A DNA stretch of 64,000 bases from Flectonema sp. DT1601 (lineage: Eukaryota). Below the pieces are notes generated by a model that did no database searches, was not told the DNA's origin, and saw only the letters and a list, made by a program, of their open reading frames with translations. Of the stretch, positions 23,801-34,266 are shown in pieces; the first letter of the stretch is position 1; the number at the start of each line of letters is the position of its first letter. The position numbers and the translations under genes are program-made. The stretch is taken from positions 558,001 through 622,000 of the forward strand of contig OZ025783.1 in NCBI GenBank assembly GCA_964019425.1, read 5' to 3'.

Positions 23801-26617
23801 GTTGGGCACTTGTTCGATGCTATCGATTCTGACTACAGCGGACACATCACATATGATGAGTGGATGCGATTCGCTGACAGGAACCAATCAATAATATCCA
23901 GACTGGAAAGAGGTGACAGGGGACTAGATACAGGGAAGTACCACCACGACTCTTCCCGAACACAGATTCGAACTCCGGGTGACGTTTGGTCGCAGCTAAC
24001 GAAAGGAAAGTCATACGCTCAGAGAAGAGATATCCGTGATGCCTTTATTAAGTCTGGGTTAGAATGGGATCAGCTTACTGTTGGGCACTTGTTCGATGCT
24101 ATCGATTCTGATTACAGCGGACACATCACATATGATGAGTGGATGCGATTCACTGACAGGAATCCGAACATCGTCTCTCGATTAGAGCGGACTGCATCCA
24201 GTCCATCGAGAAGTTACTCGCGCACTGATTCTTCACTGTGGTCACAACTGACTCACGGCAAGTCGTATGCTCTGCGAAGGGACATCCGTGATGCCTTCAT
24301 TAGGGCTAATCTGTCGTGGGACTCGATGACTGTTGGACACTTGTTCGATGCTATCGATTCTGACTACAGCGGGCGCATTACATATGATGAGTGGATGCGA
24401 TTCGCTGACAGGAACCCATCGTTAGTCTCACAATTAGAGAGAGGAGCTGTTTCACAAAGAAGTATACCCAGAGATCCGTACACCTCTGGTACCCTCTGGT
24501 CACAGCTAACTCACGGCAAGTCATATGCTTTACGTAGGGATATCCGTGATGTATTCATCAGAGCGAATATCGACTGGGATCAGCTTACTGTTGGGCATCT
24601 CTTCGATGCTATCGACTCCGATTTCAGCGGGCACATTACATATGATGAGTGGATGCGATTCGCTGACAGGAATCCGAACATCGTCTCTCGATTAGAAAGA
24701 GGTGACAGGGGACTAGATACAGGGAGGTACCACCACGACTCTTCCCGAACACAGATTCGAACTCCGGCTGACGTATCGCATTTGTGGTCGCAGCTAACGA
24801 AAGGAAAGTCATACGCTCAGAGAAGAGATATCCGTGATGCCTTTATTAAGTCTGGGTTAGAATGGGATCAGCTTACTGTTGGGCACTTGTTCGATGCTAT
24901 CGATTCTGATTACAGCGGACACATCACATATGATGAGTGGATGCGATTCGCTGACAGGAATCCATCAATCGTATCGACCCTTTGCAGAAGAGTGAACTCT
25001 CATTCAAATTCCCGTTTTGAACAATCCCTATGGTCACAGTTAACTAACGGCAAGTCGTATGCTCTGCGAAGAGATATCCGTGATGCCTTTATCAGGGCTG
25101 ATCTGTCGTGGGACTCGATGACTGTTGGACACTTGTTCGATGCTATCGATTCTGATTACAGCGGACGCATTACATATGATGAGTGGATGCGATTCGCTGA
25201 CAGGAACCCATCGTTAGTCTCACAGTTAGAGAGAGGAGCTGTTTCATCTCCGAGACGCTCTTTCGGGGAAAGTGTTTCCAGAGATGCGCACACAACACGG
25301 AGCTTGTGGTCACAGCTAACTCACGGCAAGTCGTATGCTCTGCGAAGGGATATCCGTGATGCCTTTATCAGGGCTGATCTGTCGTGGGACTCGATGACTG
25401 TTGGGCACCTGTTCGATGCTATCGATTCTGATTACAGCGGACACATCACATATGATGAGTGGATGCGATTCGCTGACAGGAATCCGAACATCGTCTCTCG
25501 ATTAGAGCGGACTGCATCCAGTCCATCGAGAAGTTACTCGCGCACTGATTCTTCACTGTGGTCACAACTGACTCACGGCAAGTCGTATGCTCTGCGAAGG
25601 GACATCCGTGATGCCTTCATTAGGGCTAATCTGTCGTGGGACTCGATGACTGTTGGACACTTGTTCGATGCTATCGATTCTGACTACAGCGGGCGCATCA
25701 CATATGATGAGTGGATGCGATTCGCTGACAGGAACCCATCGATAGTCTCACAATTAGAGAGAGGAACTGTTTCACAAAGAAGTATACCCAGAGATCCGTA
25801 CACCTCTGGTACCCTCTGGTCACAGCTAACTCACGGCAAGTCGTATGCTCTGCGAAGGGATATCCGTGATGCCTTTATCAGGGCTGATCTGTCGTGGGAC
25901 TCGATGACTGTTGGGCACCTGTTCGATGCTATCGATTCTGATTACAGCGGACACATCACATATGATGAGTGGATGCGATTCGCTGACAGGAATCCGAACA
26001 TCGTCTCTCGATTAGAGCGGACTGCATCCAGTCCATCGAGAAGTTACTCGCGCACTGATTCTTCACTGTGGTCACAACTGACTCACGGCAAGTCGTATGC
26101 TCTGCGAAGGGACATCCGTGATGCCTTCATTAGGGCTAATCTGTCGTGGGACTCGATGACTGTTGGACACTTGTTCGATGCTATCGATTCTGACTACAGC
26201 GGGCGCATCACATATGATGAGTGGATGCGATTCGCTGACAGGAATCCGTCGATAGTCTCACAATTAGAGAGAGGAACTGTTTCACAAAGAAGTATACCCA
26301 GAGATCCGTACACACGGATTGAAACGGAACAAATATCTTCATTCAGAGAAGGGAGTGAGAGGAATAATTATTTTGATATCGAGAGACAAGTCAACAACTT
26401 ATGGACTACAATGACTGGTACTGGTAGGAAGAGTGATGTCTGTAATATTGCTTCAATGATGAGAGTATTCTCACGAAGTGGTGAACCAGATTACATCATC
26501 AAATCTTACTTTCGCATTGCTGATGGAGATCTTGATCGTCGAGTTAACTACTCTGAGTGGGTTACATTTGCTCGTGATCATCCGCAAATAATAAAATCGT
26601 TATCACGACATTGGTGA
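20804..26617 (+). CDS. BILBO1-family protein: BILBO1-like N-terminal domain plus a large EF-hand repeat array (1937 aa)
   Basis: N-terminus FRVCIAID...KHNVRF...RPDIDSLMRLAE...IQVY...WTDL...QLFVFQP parallels the trypanosome BILBO1 N-terminal domain; followed by an EF-hand pair and 17 copies of LFDAIDSD(Y/F)SG(H/R)IT(Y/F)DEWMRF. Confidence 0.8.
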   Translation: MGGGISIEGNDRHRGVDTKFRVCIAIDFDRRKHNVRFNIKTSGRPDIDSLMRLAEWHYSREMMAIGGRGRFICDQIQVYSNYTKRWTDLTDASMIPNGGQLFVFQPVSGSYDSDPTPSAIPDAIGEASVTSLRPIHVEYSLEHKLRAVFTSVDKTDKKYILLGEVHDYLSKCRSPSTTDFDYTAVERWFSRLNTRGNGRVTYQQWARFGADHPQLVDLLFDRPRSSVNSVPSQVWNQLAKQHQNYVLRRDIRDAFIKSNIDWDPHSVGHLFDAIDSDYSGHITFDEWMRFADRNPSIVSRLHNTADVWSRLTHGKSYALRRDIRDAFIRAGLSWDSTTVEHLFDAIDSDYSGHITYDEWMRFADRNPNIVSRLERGDRTITSHQRSDLWSQLSGGKSYALRRDIRDVFMKLNIKWDYQNVGHLFDAIDSDYSGHITYDEWMRFADGHPSLVRRLEQQQLNNSYSVRDVDKALITSSWGNLTRGRGNYINTSQLLNLMGGAERDYVVRTYPSGKVYWEDWWTLCHLYPQVPNQVSGQQSLGGGYSQSHPRDRDHSQLSSSEIELGWKKYSRSNLLYPTEVPLALGLSSVGFNFPSSPLTWTDWWDFAHTYVPRSDTWSQLTHGKSYALRRDIRDAFIRADLSWDSMTVGHLFDAIDSDYSGHITYDEWMRFADRNPNIVSRLERTASSPSRSYSRTDSSLWSQLTHGKSYALRRDIRDAFIRANLSWDSMTVGHLFDAIDSDYSGHITYDEWMRFADRNQSIISRLERGDRGLDTGRYHHDSSRTQIRTPGDVWSQLTKGKSYAQRRDIRDAFIKSGLEWDQLTVGHLFDAIDSDYSGHITYDEWMRFADRNPNIVSRLERTASSPSRSYSRTDSSLWSQLTHGKSYALRRDIRDAFIRANLSWDSMTVGHLFDAIDSDYSGRITYDEWMRFADRNPSLVSQLERGAVSSPRRSFGESVSRDAHTTRSLWSQLTHGKSYALRRDIRDAFIRADLSWDSMTVGHLFDAIDSDYSGHITYDEWMRFADRNQSIISRLERGDRGLDTGKYHHDSSRTQIRTPGDVWSQLTKGKSYAQRRDIRDAFIKSGLEWDQLTVGHLFDAIDSDYSGHITYDEWMRFTDRNPNIVSRLERTASSPSRSYSRTDSSLWSQLTHGKSYALRRDIRDAFIRANLSWDSMTVGHLFDAIDSDYSGRITYDEWMRFADRNPSLVSQLERGAVSQRSIPRDPYTSGTLWSQLTHGKSYALRRDIRDVFIRANIDWDQLTVGHLFDAIDSDFSGHITYDEWMRFADRNPNIVSRLERGDRGLDTGRYHHDSSRTQIRTPADVSHLWSQLTKGKSYAQRRDIRDAFIKSGLEWDQLTVGHLFDAIDSDYSGHITYDEWMRFADRNPSIVSTLCRRVNSHSNSRFEQSLWSQLTNGKSYALRRDIRDAFIRADLSWDSMTVGHLFDAIDSDYSGRITYDEWMRFADRNPSLVSQLERGAVSSPRRSFGESVSRDAHTTRSLWSQLTHGKSYALRRDIRDAFIRADLSWDSMTVGHLFDAIDSDYSGHITYDEWMRFADRNPNIVSRLERTASSPSRSYSRTDSSLWSQLTHGKSYALRRDIRDAFIRANLSWDSMTVGHLFDAIDSDYSGRITYDEWMRFADRNPSIVSQLERGTVSQRSIPRDPYTSGTLWSQLTHGKSYALRRDIRDAFIRADLSWDSMTVGHLFDAIDSDYSGHITYDEWMRFADRNPNIVSRLERTASSPSRSYSRTDSSLWSQLTHGKSYALRRDIRDAFIRANLSWDSMTVGHLFDAIDSDYSGRITYDEWMRFADRNPSIVSQLERGTVSQRSIPRDPYTRIETEQISSFREGSERNNYFDIERQVNNLWTTMTGTGRKSDVCNIASMMRVFSRSGEPDYIIKSYFRIADGDLDRRVNYSEWVTFARDHPQIIKSLSRHW
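21503..26311 (+). repeat. Intragenic array of 17 EF-hand-pair units (~200-bp core plus variable linker)
   Basis: 17 occurrences of GAGTGGATGCGATTC counted; the last two unit pairs are a near-perfect 510-bp duplication (25316 vs 25826). Confidence 0.95.
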
Positions 26618-27418
26618 GCTTTAACTGTTTGAATGTGATTGCGTGAGTATTGAAGAAAAAAACTATGCAGTTTTATTCGTTTTGTTTTTTTTTTCTTTTT
26701 GCAGATTTCCTTTTTTTTTTTTTGCCCTCTTTTATTGTAAGTGATATTGTATTTGCTCCATTTTATTAATGATGTAGGCTTCATCCCCACTAAGTGAGTA
26801 AGGCAAGGGAAGAAAATCAATAAGTAACTTTCCTTCCTTGTGTTGATTTCTTAGTCGTTATTCCTCCTCAGTTGAGTAGGGTCATTTCGTGACTAAAGTT
26901 CTTTTTTATAATTTAAGTTTTGCGTCAAGTTTCGCATAGTGAGATATGTATTAGGAAAATACTGCGTGTGCACAGTAATATGTCCACGTGTGCACTTTCC
27001 GAACAAAACAAAAATAAAGAAAGTGAGACGTAACATCGATATTTCCTCCCGCGAAATCGGGTCAGTAGGTTTTTTTTTTTTTTTTTTTTGTTTTTAATTT
27101 GGTGAACAAACCTGCTTTTGAACTTGTTCCTTTTGTTTCATTCCATTTAACAAGTTTTAACAACTAATTAACTGCAAGCTGAATGATACCTTCCTGCAGT
27201 CACGCGGACAGCAGAGGGTGTTGTATTTGTTGGCGGAAGTCGTCAGGTTTTTCTTTTCTTGAATGTGGTTTCTGTACGCTACTGAACCTACCTATCAACA
27301 TCCCAAATCTACTCTTGTAAACCATCCCAACAGTACCCCCCCTCTCAGTTTGTAGTCGAGTTGTGTAATTAGTTTTCTTTTTGTTTTATTTCATTTCTAT
27401 CCAACAGCTTCTTTATAA

Positions 27419-27814
<396 letters not shown>

Positions 27815-28187
27815 GAATACGTCATCATGCGTTCCACAATTAGTTATATTTTTTATTTCTAATTTGAAAAAAAACTAAAAGAAAAGTTAAAAAAAAAAAT
27901 AACAAAAAAGATAAGAGTAATAAACAAAGTCCAACATCACTTTATAGCACATCACACCTCTGGGTGGCTGAAACTTTTCCACGCGACCATCCCATACGAC
28001 GACGTGGTAATGTTTTAAGTAAAGCCGACAGACAAATGGTCACCATGATGACGTTTGCTGTAGCAAAGTGCACAAACCATTCTTTGTGCTCCATTTAAAG
28101 TAGTGGATAGTGTCAGGGGTTTCACAAAGTATTGGGAGACTGTTTCTTATTTTATTAATTCTACAACAACCAAGACATCATTAATGA

Positions 28188-28727
<540 letters not shown>

Positions 28728-29056
28728 GGCTACAGCTTGTTAGTGTAAGAGAAAAAAAAAAATAGAGAAAACCAAGCAAAAAAAGCTCATCAAAAAAAAC
28801 AAAAAAAAAGCAACCCCACTGACCAGTAACCAGTAGTACGTCGGTTGGTACCGTCACCACGATATTCACTTGTTCTTATTTACTTTTATTTCGCATCAGG
28901 TTCTGGAATATGTTGCGACTGCGTATGCAGACAAATCATAATATCAATTACAAATTATAAAAGTATCCCCTCCTATTTATTTATTTAACAACAGGATTGT
29001 AACATTATTAATTATGTTAACTAGTTTATAAAGAAAATGTGATTATACTTTCTGAG

Positions 29057-30928
29057 ATGATTTATGTGGCGGGGACTCCGTGTTATCAACAGGTTTATGG
29101 AGTGACACCATCAATGTGTCCTAACTTTGAAGGAAGGGTGTGGAGATCACAGCCGCCACCGCCGTTACCTCCACCACCTCCTCGGGTAGACGAATTAGAT
29201 GCACTTGAGGAGCGGGTTGCTGAGCATACAAAGAACTTAACAAAACTAAAGTTCTCTTTATCAAATAATCAACATACTGAGGCTGGAGTCAACACAAGTC
29301 CGCTACCAACACCAACTGCAGTTCCGATGGAAGATAAATTGCTAACACTCGATAAAGAAACAATTCATGTTTTACTACTACAGAATCTTAGACTTCAGAA
29401 AATGATATTAAATGACGAGGGAGGTCAGAATAATTTTCAAAGAACCAACAGACATGACCAATTAAACTACTCTCAGGATGTCAATCACACCGGTCGTAGA
29501 GGTTCTGTTTACCAATCTGAAGTCATAGATCAACATCATATAAGTGAGAATCAAATGAGTAATAATACGAGTCTCAAATCACTTCATCATATCCCCAGTT
29601 CAAATACCACCACTCTATCTCTTACAGCAACTGTACACAACTCAACTCTTTCAAGCACTAAGTCGATCGGTTACTCCAAATTACAGCGACAGCTTCGATC
29701 GATACTTTTTGCTTATTTATTTCAACACTTTTTGAGGGGACAGTTGTCTGATGTGGAGGGACTGAAAAAAGATTTTTCGGAATCAGTGTCAGCAGTATTT
29801 GAGTCTAACCTATCATCAATGGAAGCGATAGTAAAAAGAGGGATTTACGTACCGCTATCTAGTTTTTATAGAGAGCCTAGAGTTGACCTGGACTACTCTC
29901 CATCTGTGAGGAAGGTTATTCCATTTTTGGGGATGACTGTTGGAAGAATTTCCAACACAGACATATCTGATAGACAGTTAAAAATGAAAATTCGAGTCAA
30001 GGCAATTATCAATACTGCGTTGTCGAGCTTTGCAGACGAAATTGACTCCGGAGTAGCTGCAAGAAAGAGAGGTTCAATAGCTCATTTTATTCAATCGTTT
30101 TTATATTCTGAAGGCTCGTCATTCCCATCTCAATATTTTACAAGATATGAGATGCAAATAATAGGAAGTAGCGGAGGGTACAAAGATCGTTTTGGACTGT
30201 GGCACCTTCCAGGGAGTGCTCGAAAGGAATTGTTAATAACCTTCTGTTTGGGAAAAGTCTTAATAGCTGGATCGATCCTTCGAGATCTCGAAACAGAAAG
30301 ACGACCAACACTACGTCGAAATGTAAGAATATGCGCCTTCTTAATAATTAAGTGTATTGATTCGTGTCTTAACAGCAACGGATTTTATTCTGACATATGT
30401 GATCACTATACCCACGTTAAAGACTTAATGTTTGAACAGGATGTTAGTTCAGTCTATGAGCAATGTCTTTCAGAAGACGACAAACGACAAGTATCACAAA
30501 AAGTATGGTCTTGGTGTAATGATATATTCAACAAGACACATCACACAATTACTTTCATAAGTACTCCGCAGGTGATATCATTGTCGTCAGCAGTTGGAGA
30601 TCAGTCTGTCGATGATGATCTTGAAGAAGGTGTTTTGATTTTAGAACACCCTGAGCACTTATTAATTAACCCTTTGTTTGTTACAAAAAATTGGTTTTCA
30701 TTTGTACACGATCTTCGCAGCATTCGCAAATTCCTCCGAGCACACTACCCAGACATGATAAGTTGCGAGAGACAAGTGTTTGGAACTTTTGTTCAAAAGT
30801 CTCAGGCTCAGCCATGCAAGGCTGGCTGGTTCACAGCAGCCCCCCCGGAAGAGGAGAAAAAGAGACTGCGAAGAAACACAGTTCTGCTACCCACCACTAA
30901 TCTATGGTTCGGTAATGGGGAAATCTGA
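29057..30928 (+). CDS. Hypothetical protein (~623 aa) with poly-Pro tract and short coiled coil
   Basis: Long uninterrupted ORF, first ATG 29057; no family recognised. Confidence 0.75.
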   Translation: MIYVAGTPCYQQVYGVTPSMCPNFEGRVWRSQPPPPLPPPPPRVDELDALEERVAEHTKNLTKLKFSLSNNQHTEAGVNTSPLPTPTAVPMEDKLLTLDKETIHVLLLQNLRLQKMILNDEGGQNNFQRTNRHDQLNYSQDVNHTGRRGSVYQSEVIDQHHISENQMSNNTSLKSLHHIPSSNTTTLSLTATVHNSTLSSTKSIGYSKLQRQLRSILFAYLFQHFLRGQLSDVEGLKKDFSESVSAVFESNLSSMEAIVKRGIYVPLSSFYREPRVDLDYSPSVRKVIPFLGMTVGRISNTDISDRQLKMKIRVKAIINTALSSFADEIDSGVAARKRGSIAHFIQSFLYSEGSSFPSQYFTRYEMQIIGSSGGYKDRFGLWHLPGSARKELLITFCLGKVLIAGSILRDLETERRPTLRRNVRICAFLIIKCIDSCLNSNGFYSDICDHYTHVKDLMFEQDVSSVYEQCLSEDDKRQVSQKVWSWCNDIFNKTHHTITFISTPQVISLSSAVGDQSVDDDLEEGVLILEHPEHLLINPLFVTKNWFSFVHDLRSIRKFLRAHYPDMISCERQVFGTFVQKSQAQPCKAGWFTAAPPEEEKKRLRRNTVLLPTTNLWFGNGEI

Positions 30929-31226
30929 GTTGTGTAAGGGTGTTAACTTTCTTCCCGCAAGCAAATTTTGGATGTTAACATCTGAGTTGTGTAAGTACTT
31001 TGTTAGTTGCTAATGTTTCTTCTTTGCATACTTCACCTTTCCAGGTGACAATTCTGTTTGCACTTTATCTCTGGTTTGAGTTTTTAACTAACAACCAAAT
31101 TATTCAATTATCAATATCCTTACAGGTGTATTACATCAGAGATAGCTGAAGTGAGAACGGATACAGCACAACCACTTAATAAAGTATAAAGCTAAACTCA
31201 TTTATATTCACAAACAGGTTGTATAC

Positions 31227-33724
31227 ATGTCGCGAAGACCTGCCGGTGGGGGTGGACGGCACGCAACACCAACATCAGCGGCTCGGAGGCTAGGAGGTCG
31301 AAATGTGAGCACACCGTCAGTTCAGAAAGCAGCAGTGAGTACACCCTCTGTGAGTAATGTAAGCGTGAATACTAATAATATAAATACTAATAACGATATT
31401 GACAACAGCATGAATCAACTGGCACGAAGAGGATCACACAGTCAAAGCCAAGCCGATGGCGAAGAAGAAGAGAGAGGACGACAGGAAGCAGAGCGATCGA
31501 AGATAGCGACAGCCTTCGGAGCGAGATTCCAATCGATTGGTGAAATACGAAGACAGATTGACTCTCTTCAAAATAAACATAAAGCTGAAGAACTCGCTCT
31601 AATAGATACAATGCAATCACTTCTTCAGCAAAATCGAACAGAGTCAGAGAGCAGCCTCAAGAAACTTCGAAGAGAAATGGAAGAAAAACAACAAGCTGTT
31701 GACCTTTACAATCAATTTAAAGATCAGGGAGGTGATATTATTCAACGACTGTCTACAACTTTAACTGATCTACAACATAAGTATGCTGAGGACGGAAAGC
31801 GTTGTGTTGATCTTCAAAAGGAAGTTATCGAATTAGAGCAGCGGCTGCGAGAAGAGAGGACACATCGTTTTGGTTTGGAACACCAGTTGGCGCAATTACG
31901 ACATTCAGAAGTAGCTCAACCACCTTTGTCACAATCAATATCGAATACAACAATCCCTGATCTCAATTCTGTTGAAACAGAGCGAGAGAGACGCATAACT
32001 GCAGAAAAACTCGTTGACGCTCTTTCTCAAAAAAATCAAAATCAACAAATTGCAAAACTACATCAACTCATTAGAGAAAAGGATGCCAAACTAGTCGTAC
32101 TGACGGAAACATCGAAATCAATCCCAACAACACCCCGACAGGAATCTGATTTAGAATGGGAAGGAAAGTATAAAGTTCTAGAAGCTAAATATTCCAAACA
32201 ACTTGGTGAGTATCAATCGATTTTATTACAACAAGAGAAATTAACTTCTCAAACAGAAGAACACAATAAAGTTCTGAGAGGACAAGTGAAAGAATTGGAA
32301 GCGAAGTTATGTTACGTTACCTCAGAAGGGGCATTTGATCAATTTGATGAAACATCAGCCACAGTCGATAATGTCTTGTCGGGATCACCAGATGAGGAGT
32401 CGATGTCGATGCTTGAGAATAAAGTTGTTCACATGCTGGTGCAGCAACTTAAAAGTGAAAAACGCCAGCGATTAGAAACAGAAGAACAATCGTCAAGGAT
32501 GCTTCAAGAGGCTTCAAAGACGGTGACAACACTTGAGCAGCGTGTAAAGCAGGCTGAAACACCGAGAGTTAGAAGGAAAAGTACTCCAACTATCCCTCAA
32601 TCATTTCCAATACAACCATCATCATCATCACCTGTTGACTATCCAGTTAAAGAGATTGTTGATCTTTCTGTTGAACAAACTCTTGAGAAGTGGGCTCGTC
32701 TTCGTCCTAATTCAGATTACGGTTCTTACTCTGATGTGTTGGATCCCCTGGCTGCTGAAACTTTAAGACCGACTGCTGCTCAAAAACCAAATGTCAATTC
32801 TTTTCACAGTAGTTTAATTGAAATATCACCTCCACGAAGTACTGACTTTGTGACACCTGTGACTACTACTGCTGCTCCTAACTTTGATTTTGAGAACATA
32901 AATGAAAGATCAAACAGTATCGGCAGCAACAACATCATTACCAACAGCAACAACAACACCGCCATCAGCAACAATAGTACTGCGAACCGACCGTCAGTAC
33001 CTGCTGCTGTTAAAGACATTTCCACTACACAAGCTGTGGAAACACGCGAACTATTCGTATGTATATTTCTATCTTTCTATTTCGACAGCTGCTAAAGTAG
33101 GTTTTGGTAGTTCGATAGCATGAGAATATGAAAAATAAAACAAAACCTTACACAGAATAAACCTTTTGCGGCACCCGTTGCTACTCCGCAAGCAGCAGCC
33201 TCTCAATCACCAAACCCGGTTGTTGTGCCTGCGGCTAAAAGTTCTGATAGCAAGGGACGAGGACTTCTTGAGGTTTGTAGTTGCGTTGATTTTCTTCCCT
33301 GCTATTCTAGAAAAAAAAAAAAAAAAAGGCAATGAATGAAATGAGTATTCTACCTTACTAAGTCTGTGTGAAGAATAAAATTAAATAAAAACAGCGACTC
33401 CGTCGTCACCTCAGTGAAACCTCCACCGTTGAGGAAGATGTTCCTCTTCAGCAAGAACAACAACAGCAATCATATCGACAAACTCATCAGAGACAGCCAG
33501 CTGATGTTGAGGTTCCGATTGTATCAAAACAACAACAACAACAACAGCAATCATTTCTATCATCACCAAAACCTGTTGCTCCTACTCCGGCAAAGTCACC
33601 ACCGAGTGCTCAACAACATCAAAGTATTACTTCGAACTCATCACCGGGTACGAGAGCGTGTAAAGATTCTATTCATGAGTTGGAAAAACAACTCGAAGAC
33701 CTGTTGAAAGATTTTAAATCATAA
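31227..33724 (+). CDS. Coiled-coil/low-complexity protein; 3 exons, ~758 aa
   Basis: E/Q/K/L-rich heptads; exons 31227-33056, 33156-33272, 33395-33724 join in frame through GT-AG introns. Confidence 0.8.
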
Positions 33725-34266
33725 ATAGTTCCTGTAGCCCGTTGGAGTATTTCAATATAATTCTAGTAGTAAGTAAACAACACATCCCTTGTAAGATACT
33801 TCTCGCATCGTGTAAACTGAAAAATTGCCAGCAGCAGTCTCTCAAAATCTTACCATTTTTTTGATTTTAACGAGTTTTACGTTTTGTAAACCTCCGTTGG
33901 TATCAAAAATTAAAAAAATAATTTAAAAAAATAGATATTAAAATAGTCAAAAAAAAAAAAAAAAAAAAAAAAACAAAGTAATGTATTTTACACCGTCCCC
34001 TTACCTCTCCCCCCAGCTGCTTTGGTTATTGTAGTTTAGAATTATTGTCCTGTTTTGGAGTAAAAATAATTATGTAGTTTTATGTAGCATAGCGTCACCA
34101 TATTTCTTTTATAACAGATACTCGCATTGTCGTAAATAATTGTTGGCATTCATTTTGTTCAAGTTTTTTTGTTTTTTGTTTCTTTTTTTTCTTCAAAAGA
34201 AAATATTTTATTACTTTTTTCAGAAAATTTACTGGTTTTGGGTGGTTCTCCACCCATCCAAATATA

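Noticed and set aside
21503..26311. Repeat-spacer pattern resembling a CRISPR array
   Set aside because: Units are ~200 bp, in frame and protein-coding, and the linkers recur
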